DNA from: Candidatus Bathyarchaeales archaeon
GTDB lineage: Archaea; Thermoproteota; Bathyarchaeia; Bathyarchaeales; Bathycorpusculaceae
Assembly (NCBI GenBank): GCA_049718365.1
Contig: JBNARN010000001.1
Coordinates: 1 to 46,405 of the forward strand
Reading direction: 5' to 3'
Length of the DNA stretch: 46,405 nucleotides
The stretch's first letter is position 1; each line of letters begins with the position of its first letter. Below are positions 1 through 9,586 of this stretch, piece by piece. The notes below the pieces were generated by a model. The model was given only the letters and a program-made list of their open reading frames with translations. It was not told the DNA's origin and made no database searches. The translations under genes and the position numbers were made by a program.

Positions 1-754
1 TTTCTATTTCAAGCTTAGTATTAAGCAAGGCTATTTTCGCGTTTTCAACGAGCTTTGGCATCTGAGAGCTGGCAACTTCTTTATCAATAACCATGCCTTT
101 AACGAGTTCTGTCTCATCCAAGCCTTTACCATGTTTCTTAATGACTTTTATGAGGTCGATGTCTGCTTTTAGCTTACCGTCAACTTCTTCAGTAACTTGC
201 TTTACAGCTTCAACCGCCAACTTCGCAAAGTGCTCTTTCGCCGCTGTTATACCCTTACTGCTCATAGAAGTCAATGCGACATTAAGCAGTAGTTTGTCAT
301 CCTTTATGTTCACTGGAATGGCAATGCTGTTGATTATTTCCTGAGCTTTATCGGCAGCTTTCTTGTAGCCATCAATAATGACTGTTGGATGCACATTTTG
401 GTCAAGCAGGTTCTCAGCTTTTGCCAGCAGTTCACCTGCTAAAACGGCAGCAGTTGTCGTGCCGTCGCCAACTTCATTATCTTGAGTTTTTGCAACTTCG
501 ACAAGCATTTTCGCCGCTGGATGCTGCACATCAAGCTCCTTCAGAATCGTAGCGCCGTCATTAGTTATAGTCACGTCTCCAAGACTGCTTACAAGCATTT
601 TATCCATTCCACGTGGTCCGAGACTGGTTTTCACAGTCTCCGCAATTATTTTAGCTGCCATAATATTGTTTCTTTGGGCATCACGCCCGGTGGTTCTACC
701 TGTGCCCTCTTTTAATACTAAAACGGGAACTGTTCCTGAAGGTACAGCTGCCAT
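1..754 (-). CDS. ths: Thermosome (group II chaperonin) subunit, N-terminal ~251 codons; the gene continues past the left window edge
   Basis: Absent from the ORF track because it runs off the window. Reverse-strand translation from the ATG at 754-752 gives [55 protein letters not shown]...[48 protein letters not shown]. This is a canonical group II chaperonin N-terminus with the GDGTTT motif. A GGGGGTGAT Shine-Dalgarno-like element lies 5 nt upstream of the ATG. Confidence 0.93.
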   Translation of the reverse strand, partial: MAAVPSGTVPVLVLKEGTGRTTGRDAQRNNIMAAKIIAETVKTSLGPRGMDKMLVSSLGDVTITNDGATILKELDVQHPAAKMLVEVAKTQDNEVGDGTTTAAVLAGELLAKAENLLDQNVHPTVIIDGYKKAADKAQEIINSIAIPVNIKDDKLLLNVALTSMSSKGITAAKEHFAKLAVEAVKQVTEEVDGKLKADIDLIKVIKKHGKGLDETELVKGMVIDKEVASSQMPKLVENAKIALLNTKLEIE

Positions 755-888
755 GTCAAATCACCCCCAAATTATTTTTAGTGAGAGCGAAGCTTAACAC
801 AGCATTCCTAAAAAGGATTAGCACTTAAATATAAACTTTTTTAATGCTCGCAGATTTTCTCAACGATTCGCTCAGCCCTCGCCTTGCT

Positions 889-1542
889 TTAAACTGATAG
901 TCTCTTTTTTGAAGCAATCTTATGAGCCAGCAACAGCGGCTCAGGAATTCGGCTGCACTTTACACAGTGTTTAACAATTCTTATTGCTGTTTTCAGGGAT
1001 ATAAGATGGCCAACGCTGACATAAACAGGTTTTGAACCACTTTTTGTTACAACAACTGAACCAATAATTTGGCCCTTATCAACTAAAAAAACATCATCCC
1101 CGAGCCATGCAAGTTTACCGATCAGTAGACTTTTCGCCACTCCAACGGTAGGTTTTCCTATTGCCAAACCCAGATGACTTGCAAAGCCACATCGATACGG
1201 ATGTGCTAAGCCTTGACCATCGACAAGAATAACATCAGGTTGCAACTTCAGCTTTTTAATGCATGCAACCGCGGCAGGAATCTCGCGAAAAGAAAGCAAG
1301 GTTGGAATATAAGGCACCCTCACTTTACATATGGCGGTTTGGGACTCCAAAAGCTCAAGCGAAGCATAATCTAAAACTGCAACCGCGCCCACAGCTGATT
1401 CGCCGGCATAAGCGACATCAATACCTGCAACAAGATTTATTTTGTCGGGCAAGTTGTCTTCGCAAATGACTTTCTTGGCTAGGTTTAATTGTGCATGGTG
1501 TGCTCGAGAAACTGAGAAATTACGTATCACGATGGCACTCAC
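889..1542 (-). CDS. nfi: Endonuclease V (deoxyinosine 3' endonuclease)
   Basis: 217-aa ORF with GIDVAY, VPYIPTLLSFREIP and LVDGQGLAHPYRCGFASHLG segments characteristic of the endonuclease V family. Confidence 0.85.
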   Translation of the reverse strand: MSAIVIRNFSVSRAHHAQLNLAKKVICEDNLPDKINLVAGIDVAYAGESAVGAVAVLDYASLELLESQTAICKVRVPYIPTLLSFREIPAAVACIKKLKLQPDVILVDGQGLAHPYRCGFASHLGLAIGKPTVGVAKSLLIGKLAWLGDDVFLVDKGQIIGSVVVTKSGSKPVYVSVGHLISLKTAIRIVKHCVKCSRIPEPLLLAHKIASKKRLSV

Positions 1543-1576
1543 TACTCCGCAGCTCTACGGAAGCGTATTTTCTCGC

Positions 1577-2200
1577 TCAGGCTTTCTCGAAACGTCTAAG
1601 ATAATCTTCAAGCGACTTTCTTCGCACTTCCTGAGTGACATCGCCTCGCGTACTTTCGATAATCTTTCTGGCAACATCACATTTTCTTCTAAGCCCAGGT
1701 ACAAGCATGTAAGCTTCATCCATAGCCATCAACTCGACATATATTTCATCCATAATTCTCAAGCATTCTTCACTTCTTTCGACGTTGCCTTCGCGCAATA
1801 CATCCAAAGTCAACCGCCTATACTCGCCTATGACATCAGCTAACCCCAGCACGTAATCAGCTGATGGCACATTAAGCTCTTTGGGCGTAACAAAGCGCGA
1901 GTTTTGAATTAACTCTAAAAATATGTTAGCTTCAGCATACTCTTGAAGCGCAGCGCTAAACATGCCGCCATAGACGATGCCAGGATACTCTTTAGCTAAA
2001 TCATAAAGTTTGAAAATCAGGTCTTTGGCGTCTGCAATTAGTTTTTCTGCATCTTTGAACTTTTTTTGGTGAATAAAAAGTATAGCTTGCTTTGAAAAAC
2101 TGCCGGCTTTCCGCATGCTTTGCTGTGCCTTCTCGCGAACCTCCTCTTTTTGGAGAAGCTCTTGCTCCACCTCTTTTAAGATAAATCTTAACTGTTCCAA
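1577..2200 (-). CDS. Translin-family protein
   Basis: 207-aa helical protein. The segment ALQEYAEANIFLELI...PSADYVLGLADVIGEYRRLTLDVL resembles the conserved translin/TRAX core. Confidence 0.6.
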   Translation of the reverse strand: MEQLRFILKEVEQELLQKEEVREKAQQSMRKAGSFSKQAILFIHQKKFKDAEKLIADAKDLIFKLYDLAKEYPGIVYGGMFSAALQEYAEANIFLELIQNSRFVTPKELNVPSADYVLGLADVIGEYRRLTLDVLREGNVERSEECLRIMDEIYVELMAMDEAYMLVPGLRRKCDVARKIIESTRGDVTQEVRRKSLEDYLRRFEKA

Positions 2201-2290
2201 GTCTTCACCACCTTGAAAACAACTATGCTGACTATTTAAGTTATGGATTTCCCTAAAAAAGAAGAAAAAAAGGGCAGATTTTACGAGCCT

Positions 2291-2488
2291 TTAGGTTTGC
2301 GGCTGTTCAGGAGCTTCCCATTTTTGGATAAGCAGTTTATCGTCACCAAGCTTGAAGCTTACTTTAACAAATATGGAGTCTGAGCCTTTAAAGGGGAACA
2401 TGCTGTCTTCAGCGAGGTCTTTCGGCAAGTAAATTAAGTATTTACCGTCCTTTCTCCTGAAAAGTCTTCCTCTTCCCGAACTAACCAT
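2291..2488 (-). CDS. Small hypothetical protein, possibly AbrB/SpoVT-like
   Basis: 65-aa ORF. The GKYLIYLPKDLAED...IFVKVSF pattern resembles swapped-hairpin AbrB-type domains. It has its own intergenic spacing. Confidence 0.35.
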   Translation of the reverse strand: MVSSGRGRLFRRKDGKYLIYLPKDLAEDSMFPFKGSDSIFVKVSFKLGDDKLLIQKWEAPEQPQT

Positions 2489-2603
2489 TGGTCACCACCA
2501 TTTAAATGCTTTTTAATTCAAAAATATGGGCAACGAAGTACCTATTTAAGCCTATCCTCATGTTGCTTCCGTGGTAACATTATTAATCTTACCAGATATA
2601 ACT

Positions 2604-2629
2604 AAAAAATTGAATCACTTGATATTCAA
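2604..2629 (-). terminator. Hairpin plus oligo-T downstream of taw1
   Basis: Read on the minus strand just after the taw1 stop: TTGAAT-atcaagtg-ATTCAA (6-bp arms) followed by TTTTTT. Archaeal termination typically uses oligo-T tracts. Confidence 0.35.
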
Positions 2630-2641
2630 TTTTGGATTCTG

Positions 2642-3604
2642 TTAGGGAAATCCAAAACGTATAGGTTTTTCTAGTTTGCTTAACAGCACTACTCGACTTT
2701 CGACCGATTCATCTATAATTTTATATCCTGTTTTCTCTGCTAAAAGGGCTGCAAAATTGTAGATATCCTTGTGTTCAGGCATATGTGAGTAACTTAAACG
2801 TAAATTTGAAAAGCCTATGTGCATATACGCTTTAGCTTCAACGTATGTTGGATTAGCCTTTTTTATAAGCGCCGCATACTCCTCAACTGCTGTCATGTTA
2901 AGTCCCTTAACTAGTGTCATTCGGATCACGGTGGGGCAGCTAAAACTTGATAGTAGACTTAGAGTTTCATTCAATTTCTCCCAAGCGTTGGATGAGTGGG
3001 GGCGGCAAACCTGCTTAAACGTCTTTTCATTTGGAGCACAAACTGATATGTAGAGTTGCGTTGGTTCTTGACTTAGGTCTGCGAGTTTAGATGGCACTGT
3101 GCCGTTAGATACCAAGAAAGTGGTGAACCTTCTATCATGAAAAATGCGGATAAGCTCATCTAAGGGCTCATAAAGGGTTGGTTCACCTGTCAAGCTTATG
3201 GCAACATGCCGAGGGGATAAGGCTTCCGCAAGTTTCTTCCAGTCTGTGTTTGGGTTGCCTTTGTATCCGCTCAAAATTTTAGCCTGAGCTTTCAAACTTC
3301 CTTGCATAATTTCTTCTGGAGAATCCCACGTTGGGAGTTTCATCTCATCCCATTTAATTTTTAGGTCGCCACTCTGTGCTCTCCAGCAGAATAGGCACTG
3401 TTGTGTACAGTAAAAAAGAGACGGCGTCATTTGAATACATTGATGTGACTTTATTCCATAGAACTTCTGCTTGTAACAAGCTCTATCATGAACCAGTGCC
3501 TCGTAAAGCCATTTGCATCTTTTAACTGCAGAATGCTTACCTATCAGATGGTATTTTTGTTTCTTCAACGCTTGAAGCAATGTAGGCGGAACCAAATTCT
3601 CCAT
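2642..3604 (-). CDS. taw1: tRNA 4-demethylwyosine synthase Taw1/TYW1 (radical SAM)
   Basis: 320 aa. The N-terminal KKQKYHLIGKHSAVKRCKWL...YGIKSHQCIQMTPSLFYCTQQCLFCWR is typical of TYW1/Taw1, including the radical-SAM Cys cluster. Confidence 0.85.
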   Translation of the reverse strand: MENLVPPTLLQALKKQKYHLIGKHSAVKRCKWLYEALVHDRACYKQKFYGIKSHQCIQMTPSLFYCTQQCLFCWRAQSGDLKIKWDEMKLPTWDSPEEIMQGSLKAQAKILSGYKGNPNTDWKKLAEALSPRHVAISLTGEPTLYEPLDELIRIFHDRRFTTFLVSNGTVPSKLADLSQEPTQLYISVCAPNEKTFKQVCRPHSSNAWEKLNETLSLLSSFSCPTVIRMTLVKGLNMTAVEEYAALIKKANPTYVEAKAYMHIGFSNLRLSYSHMPEHKDIYNFAALLAEKTGYKIIDESVESRVVLLSKLEKPIRFGFP

Positions 3605-3859
3605 TTTTCACTATCCCATATTTGATTGCCTATAAACATAGAAATGTAGAGAGCAATTTTATAAAGTAGCCTCAAACAGAGAGCAGTTTTCAAACATGTT
3701 AATAGCAAGGTAATTAGCGCCAGTTCAACATTTACTTAAATAACAAAAACATTGTGGAAGAGGTTATTTAACTTGAAAGGCAAAGTTTAAAACGCTCTCC
3801 TAATAGTAAATTTTCAACCGCTATAAGAAAACACATCAAATGCAGAGGAGCAGTTTGAC

Positions 3860-5935
3860 TTGAAGAAAAGAGCTGTCATGTTCTTAATCCTAATCGTTAC
3901 AGGCCTTCTATCATTACCGCTTTCGCCAGTTCAAGGTCAAGGCGGCGTAAATATTTACTTAATAACACCCCAAGGGCAAGGTGCTGTAGCTCAAAACGTT
4001 AACCTACAAGGCACCATTGGCACAAGCGACGGAAAATATGAAGTTTGGTTTGGCGACAAGCTTGTTGTAAGCGATAATTCGAAAGGATATAACGTAAATA
4101 CAAATTTCACAATTCCAGAACTTCCAGGAGGCACTTACACAATAACATTAAGGGATGCTGCTAAAAACGTGAATGCCACACAGAACTTTAACATAATTCC
4201 CTCATATTACATTAAGGCAGTTGAGCCGCCATCTCCTGTGCTTCTTCAACAAGGAAACTTCGTTGTACTTAATATTACGCTTACAGGCGGCCAGCCGAGC
4301 ACGCAGTATTATGCTAACATAACGGTGGCGCTTCCAGCGCCTCTAAACATTTCTTATTCAAAGTTAATTATGCTAACAAGTACGAAACAGGGAACCGCAC
4401 AGGCACAGCTTACTTATCCAACCAGTGATTTCCAGCCTTCAGGCGCACACACCAATTACACAGGAGCATATCAAGTGTATTTCAACGAGACGCAAAAATT
4501 GGCAACCGACCAATTTTTCGTGGGTTTTATTAGCTCAAGCGAATATCACAGAGAGCAACCCGTGCTTATTCGCGCTATAGGGTATCAACCCAATGAAACT
4601 GCAACGATAAAGATTACATACACAAAAACTGGTACGGATATGCACACCACCAACGCTGTTGCCTCAAGCGAAGGCATAATCAGCGCTACATGGACAGTTC
4701 CATCCGATGCGCCAATAGGCGAATACAATATAACCATAACAGCGGAGAGCACAGCTAAACTTGTACCTGACTCGCAACTTTTCACTGTACCAGGTTATCC
4801 GGTCATGTTCAAAACTTTAAACTTGGCTGGCGAGTCTGTGCCGCAAATAATGGTTGAGGCAACAGATCAAGTGCTGAACGAGAAAATTAATGGTACGAGC
4901 GGGAATGATGGAATAGCCGTTTTGAACTTGGAGAAGGGCAATCATATTGTAAGCGCATTCTGGAATGGGGTGCAAGTTGGCAAGATAAATATTACTGTGG
5001 CGGGTGAAGGCTCCTTCAATTTGCCTTGTGAGTTAACAAATCTTAAGATAACGGTTAAAGACAAAAACGGGAATTTACTGCCTTTCGTTAACATAGCCAT
5101 CACATACCAGTATACTACAACGAAAGAAAGCCTATCAAAAACCGGCAGCGTTTCTGGGCAAACAGGTCTTTCTGGCTCTTTCACTTTAAACTCCACTCTT
5201 ACAGGGATAAGTTACACTGTTAACGCTTCACTTTACGGCATAGTTTTTAACAGCGGTAACAACACCGTTAGCACTCTCACACCACAACCAATTTCGCACG
5301 TGATAATAATATGTCCAAGCCAAACAATCAGCGTGACAGTACTCGACTACGGCAAAGCAGCAATTTCTAATGCGCGTATAGAAATGTTTGAAACGACAAC
5401 GGGTCTATTCTATGGAATCACCACTGATAATGCGGGAACCGCAACTCTGGAGGTCACATTCGGCAGGTATAAAGCTCGAATTTACACAGACAATATTTTG
5501 TTGTATGAAACCATTATTGACGCATTCAGCGATACACAACGCGAGATTTGCTGTAATCTCTGCAATATCCAAGTAAAAATTACAGTTGTTGACTATTTCG
5601 GACAACCAGTTCCAAACGTAAACGTCATACTTAAAGGGGTAGGCACAGAATCATGGTCCGCAACTACACAAGCAGATGGAACCGCAACGTTTAACAATGT
5701 AATAGGCGGCAACATGCAAATAATCGCCTTTCCAGCCGGCTTAGAGAATGTTTATGAAGCATTGACTGTTCAAATTAATGAGCCAGCAACAATACAGATA
5801 AAAATGGCGAAATACGCTCTCATAGGACCCTTTCTACTTGAAATCAGTGTACTGGCAACTTTCATCATAATTTTTGCGGCGATAGCCTTGTTTCTGATTG
5901 TAGAAGTTTATAGAAAAAAGCAGCGGCAGCCGTGA
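3860..5935 (+). CDS. Secreted, membrane-anchored cell-surface protein with tandem beta-sandwich (carboxypeptidase-regulatory-like) modules
   Basis: 691 aa. It has an N-terminal signal peptide (MKKRAVMFLILIVTGLLSLPLSPVQG) and a C-terminal TM helix plus basic tail (FIIIFAAIALFLIVEVYRKKQRQP). It also has repeated V-x-V-x-D-x-x-G-x-P ... T-D-x-x-G-x-A modules and many N-x-S/T sequons. The start is TTG at 3860; ATG at 3878 is an alternative. Confidence 0.7.
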   Translation: MKKRAVMFLILIVTGLLSLPLSPVQGQGGVNIYLITPQGQGAVAQNVNLQGTIGTSDGKYEVWFGDKLVVSDNSKGYNVNTNFTIPELPGGTYTITLRDAAKNVNATQNFNIIPSYYIKAVEPPSPVLLQQGNFVVLNITLTGGQPSTQYYANITVALPAPLNISYSKLIMLTSTKQGTAQAQLTYPTSDFQPSGAHTNYTGAYQVYFNETQKLATDQFFVGFISSSEYHREQPVLIRAIGYQPNETATIKITYTKTGTDMHTTNAVASSEGIISATWTVPSDAPIGEYNITITAESTAKLVPDSQLFTVPGYPVMFKTLNLAGESVPQIMVEATDQVLNEKINGTSGNDGIAVLNLEKGNHIVSAFWNGVQVGKINITVAGEGSFNLPCELTNLKITVKDKNGNLLPFVNIAITYQYTTTKESLSKTGSVSGQTGLSGSFTLNSTLTGISYTVNASLYGIVFNSGNNTVSTLTPQPISHVIIICPSQTISVTVLDYGKAAISNARIEMFETTTGLFYGITTDNAGTATLEVTFGRYKARIYTDNILLYETIIDAFSDTQREICCNLCNIQVKITVVDYFGQPVPNVNVILKGVGTESWSATTQADGTATFNNVIGGNMQIIAFPAGLENVYEALTVQINEPATIQIKMAKYALIGPFLLEISVLATFIIIFAAIALFLIVEVYRKKQRQP

Positions 5936-6000
5936 AAGGTAAATGTGCAATCATGAGTTTTGAATAAAAAAGTTTATATGGCTTTCAAAAGAGATAAAGC

Positions 6001-6345
6001 GTGTGGAAATGTACAGCAACATCGGATTTTTATGAAAAAAAGATAGAGGTGTATCTTTTGGCTCAGACAAAAGCTTGTTCTCCTCTATGCCCAAACTTTA
6101 AATGCGCTAAAAACGCTGCCTTCTACCGCCGCGACTCTGTATGGTGCAGATGGACTGACGATGTGTGCAACGTGGCAAATTGCACCTATGCACTCTGCGT
6201 TAAAAGGCGATTGTTACCGAGGGGAATATGCGGAGAAACCGTAAAGCGCAAAACTGTTGAAAAAGCTCCTGAAGAGATAATAGGGCATTCAATAAAACTA
6301 CGCGGGAAAGCGCTACGCAAGATCGGAGACAGAGAACTCTTCTAA
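6001..6345 (+). CDS. Cys-rich small protein, putative zinc-binding
   Basis: The ORF has 8 Cys in CSPLCPNFKC...CRWTDDVCNVANCTYALC...C and a basic C-terminus. A shorter version from TTG 6058, preceded by GAGGTG, is plausible. No family was recognised. Confidence 0.45.
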   Translation: MWKCTATSDFYEKKIEVYLLAQTKACSPLCPNFKCAKNAAFYRRDSVWCRWTDDVCNVANCTYALCVKRRLLPRGICGETVKRKTVEKAPEEIIGHSIKLRGKALRKIGDRELF

Positions 6346-6378
6346 AGAGACATTAAGGCAAAATTACGCCGCTTTTCT

Positions 6379-6540
6379 TTATCTTGCTTGTACGCGCTTA
6401 ACCACTGGCGGCTTTACTTTTTTTAGTATTCTATAGCCGCAGACGGTGCATTTTGTCTCGCCGCCGCGAAGCTCCAGTTCTTCAGAAGGCACTTTTGAAC
6501 CGCACTTCAAACATTCGTAGACAATACTTGCTTTTTCCAT
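6379..6540 (-). CDS. rpoP: DNA-directed RNA polymerase subunit P (Rpo12)
   Basis: 53-aa ORF, below the ORF-track cutoff: MEKASIVYECLKCGSKVPSEELELRGGETKCTVCGYRILKKVKPPVVKRVQAR. It has a CxxC...CxxC zinc ribbon plus the R-I-L-x-K-x-x-P-P-x-V-K tail typical of RpoP/Rpb12. Confidence 0.85.
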   Translation of the reverse strand: MEKASIVYECLKCGSKVPSEELELRGGETKCTVCGYRILKKVKPPVVKRVQAR

Positions 6541-6621
6541 CTAAACAACCTCTTCTACAAAGGAAAGCCGTTTTGCTTTTAAACATTTCCCGATATTCTG
6601 TAAGTTAACAAAGGGAGAAAA

Positions 6622-7470
6622 ATGAGAAAAAGATTACGAAGAACTCTTGCCGAGGTTCTTCCAGCTGAAGAGGCACATAAAGTTTACAATTCCTTTGACA
6701 TAATAGGCGACATAGCCATAATCAAGCTGCCTGTTAACGCGTCGGAAAAAGCGCAGCTAGTTGCAAAAACAATAATGAGCATTCATAGGAATGTGAAAAC
6801 GGTATTACTTCAAACAAGCCCTGTGGCGGGAGATTTTAGGCTTCGCGATTTAAAACATGTTGCCGGCGAAAACAAAACAAGCACGATTCACAGAGAATTC
6901 GGTTGCTTGTTTGCTGTTGATGTCGCGAAAGCATATTTTTCGCCAAGACTTGCCTACGAAAGAATGCGCATAGCACAGTTAGTCGAACCAAACGAGATGG
7001 TGGTTAATATGTTCGCCGGCGTCGGCTGTTTTTCCATAATAATCGCTAAATATTCAAAAGTATCGAAGGTGTTTTCAATAGATGTTAACGTCGCCGCGTT
7101 TGAGTTCATGCAGGAAAATATTAGGCTTAACCGAGTTTACGATAAAGTAATTCCATTACTGGGCGACTCAAAAGAAATCGTCACCAGCCAATTGCAGCAC
7201 ACTGCTGATAGGGTGCTGATGCCCCTGCCCGAAAAAGCGCTTGAGTATTTGCCTTGCGCTGTTTCTGCGCTTAAAGATACAGGAGGCTGGATACACTACT
7301 ATGGTCTTGAGCATGCAACCAAAACCGAGAAGCCTGCTGAAAAGGTAAAGTTCAAAATAACAGAAAAACTTGAGACTTTAGGCATAAATTTTGAAGTGCC
7401 ATTTGTTCGAGTTGTAAGAAGCACGGGCCCAAACTGGTTCCAATTAGCAGCAGATATACATATAACTTAA
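6622..7470 (+). CDS. Met-10+ family tRNA methyltransferase/transferase (Trm5 or Taw2 paralog)
   Basis: 282 aa. FDIIGDIAIIK, YFSPRLAYER and the SAM-binding VVNMFAGVGCFSI motif are typical of Trm5/TYW2. The short length (no D1 domain) leaves Trm5 versus Taw2 open. Confidence 0.75.
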   Translation: MRKRLRRTLAEVLPAEEAHKVYNSFDIIGDIAIIKLPVNASEKAQLVAKTIMSIHRNVKTVLLQTSPVAGDFRLRDLKHVAGENKTSTIHREFGCLFAVDVAKAYFSPRLAYERMRIAQLVEPNEMVVNMFAGVGCFSIIIAKYSKVSKVFSIDVNVAAFEFMQENIRLNRVYDKVIPLLGDSKEIVTSQLQHTADRVLMPLPEKALEYLPCAVSALKDTGGWIHYYGLEHATKTEKPAEKVKFKITEKLETLGINFEVPFVRVVRSTGPNWFQLAADIHIT

Positions 7471-7535
7471 CTACAAGGAGAATAAATTCTGTATCCAAAA
7501 ATAAGCGTTTTTATTCTTTTATTGCCATAAAAAGT

Positions 7536-8150
7536 TCAAAAACACGCCTCTAAAAGAAAAAGAGTTTCAAAAAAGGGCAAATCATATTTCGCTAAAACCC
7601 GCGTGCGCATATGATAATCGGCAAATCTGTGCACGGTTTCATCAACATTCGCCAGTGAAGACTGCATTAAGAGAACACGCCCAGACTGCATTAAATACTT
7701 CGGAACGCCGGAAATAAAGCGGTCAATTATTTGCCGTCCCGTCGCGCCCCCTGCCCACGCGCGATTAATCCAAGAGTCACCTGTGCTGCCATCGTCAGGC
7801 AAGTAAGGTGCATTGAATAGTATCACATCAAACTTTGCCTTTTCGCTTAACCACGTGAACAAGTCACTTTGCACCGTGGCAATTTTACTACGTACATCGT
7901 TAACTTTTGAGTTGTACTTTGCACAGCGAACAGCATAAGGATTTACGTCAACAGCGATAACTTCATGTGCTCTCTTGGAAGCAACTATTCCAAGGATACC
8001 ACAGCCAGTGCCCATATCCAACACGCATTCACCCTCGTGCACCTCGAGGTTTTCAGCGAAAAGAAACGAATCCTCCGCGGGCTCGTATACATTTTCATCA
8101 ACAAAAAACACGTAATCGCCGAAATAAACTCGCTTAGTGGAGGAGGGCAT
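7536..8150 (-). CDS. HemK-related archaeal methyltransferase (Mtq2-like, candidate release-factor glutamine N5-methyltransferase)
   Basis: 204 aa. It has the SAM motif VLDMGTGCGILGI and the catalytic NPPY-type motif as NAPYLP. Its start overlaps the ksgA stop by 17 nt. Confidence 0.75.
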   Translation of the reverse strand: MPSSTKRVYFGDYVFFVDENVYEPAEDSFLFAENLEVHEGECVLDMGTGCGILGIVASKRAHEVIAVDVNPYAVRCAKYNSKVNDVRSKIATVQSDLFTWLSEKAKFDVILFNAPYLPDDGSTGDSWINRAWAGGATGRQIIDRFISGVPKYLMQSGRVLLMQSSLANVDETVHRFADYHMRTRVLAKYDLPFFETLFLLEACF

Positions 8151-8952
8151 TAGCTAAAGCTCCAAAAACTTCAGGTGGCAATTGCCGCACACGCTGATCA
8201 CTAAAAGAGAAGGCGTTAGCTAGCTTTTCAGCTTCATCCTTGGGCATTCTGAAAGCCTGCGCGATAAAAGGCACAAGTGCATTGCGAAGCTTCTTATTAC
8301 GTTGCGTGAAGAGCGACTTCACCATCTGTCTAAAAAACGCGGTATTTTTTACTTCGAAAGGCACAGTTTTCCAAGGAGACAAACGCACTATTACTGAATC
8401 GACTTCTGGCTGAGGATAAAACAGCGATTTAGGCACAGCGTCCAAAAGCTCAACTTCCATGCAGTGGTTGGTGACAACGGTTAACCATCCGTAATCTTCA
8501 CTTCCTACAGCGGCCACAAGGCGATCAGCGAATTCTTTCTGCAAAATCAACACTGCACACTTTATTTTCTGCTCAAACAACCAGGTCACCAATCGTGACG
8601 ACAGATAATATGGCGGAATTGAAACTACTTTATTAAAGCCAGGCATAGCTACCCGTAGCACATCACCTTCAACTATGATCACGTTATCAACATTTCTGAG
8701 TTGTTCACGCAACACTTCGGCGACGCGCGGGTCTTTTTCAACCGCTATTACTACTTTACATTTGTTAGCTAAGAAGCGCGTTAGAAAACCGAATCCGGCA
8801 CCAGCGTCCAGCACTACATCCATTTTGTCAAGCGAAGCATAATCGCTTAACAATGGGAAAAGTGAAGCATCAACCATAAAGTTCTGCCCCAAAAGCTTCT
8901 TCGGAACAATTCGATGTTCTCGAAGCAGCCGCTTCGTTTCCGAAATGCTCAT
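8134..8952 (-). CDS. rsmA: 16S/18S rRNA dimethyladenosine transferase KsgA/Dim1
   Basis: 272 aa. It has the LGQNFMVD motif, the SAM motif VLDAGAGFGFLT and IPPYYLSS, all typical of KsgA/Dim1. Confidence 0.9.
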   Translation of the reverse strand: MSISETKRLLREHRIVPKKLLGQNFMVDASLFPLLSDYASLDKMDVVLDAGAGFGFLTRFLANKCKVVIAVEKDPRVAEVLREQLRNVDNVIIVEGDVLRVAMPGFNKVVSIPPYYLSSRLVTWLFEQKIKCAVLILQKEFADRLVAAVGSEDYGWLTVVTNHCMEVELLDAVPKSLFYPQPEVDSVIVRLSPWKTVPFEVKNTAFFRQMVKSLFTQRNKKLRNALVPFIAQAFRMPKDEAEKLANAFSFSDQRVRQLPPEVFGALANALLH

Positions 8953-8962
8953 CGTTTACGCC

Positions 8963-9529
8963 TTACTGCGCTCGCGTGAACAAGCGATACTTACTTTGGC
9001 CTTCAAGCTCCTCCATAACCCGCTTCGCTATCAACTTCACAGGGTTAGGCAATTCGGTTCGCTTCTGCAAATCCTCAAAACTTTCAAAGGGTCGCTTCTC
9101 ACGTTCATTGATAACTTGCCACATGTACTTTTTGCCTATGCCTGGAACTAATTCTAGCGCATGCATGCGCGGCGTAATTGCACGAGCAGTATTGAAGAAG
9201 TTCACAAACCACTTTTCACGGTTCAACACTATTCGGGTTATAACGCTTGGTAGCTCTGCTTTCGCAGCAGCTGTCAACTCCTCAAAGCCAATACGGCCAA
9301 TAATGTACGTGACTTCCTCACGTGCCTCTTTCCCTACGTATACACGGTCATTAGGTCTGAGCACTAAGCCCTCCTTCACCAAAGCCTCTAGCAAAGTGAA
9401 AAACTCCTCGCCTACGCATTGAATTAACGCTCCCGCTCGATACCCTGCCCTGCCTGCTGGCCGGAACCCTGGACGCCCATGCGGCAAGAAATCTAACACG
9501 TAAGCGTACTCTTCGTATCGCTTCTCCAT
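8963..9529 (-). CDS. DUF655-family RNA-binding protein (conserved archaeal, OB plus HhH)
   Basis: MEKRYEEYAYVLDFLPHGRP... at the N-terminus and LELVPGIGKKYMWQVINER (HhH) are typical of the family. It sits in the conserved position between rpoF and ksgA. The ATG at 9529 is preferred over the TTG at 9547. Confidence 0.7.
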   Translation of the reverse strand: MEKRYEEYAYVLDFLPHGRPGFRPAGRAGYRAGALIQCVGEEFFTLLEALVKEGLVLRPNDRVYVGKEAREEVTYIIGRIGFEELTAAAKAELPSVITRIVLNREKWFVNFFNTARAITPRMHALELVPGIGKKYMWQVINEREKRPFESFEDLQKRTELPNPVKLIAKRVMEELEGQSKYRLFTRAQ

Positions 9530-9586
9530 ACCAGTCACTAAGCCCAATTCTCTATTGGCAGTTACTGCTTAAAAATTCTTAGTCGA

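Noticed and set aside
93-715. Plus-strand ORFs of 83 aa (93-344) and 77 aa (482-715) from the ORF track.
   Set aside because: They lie antisense to a clear thermosome coding sequence on the minus strand. Their products are low-complexity with no recognisable features, so they are shadow ORFs.
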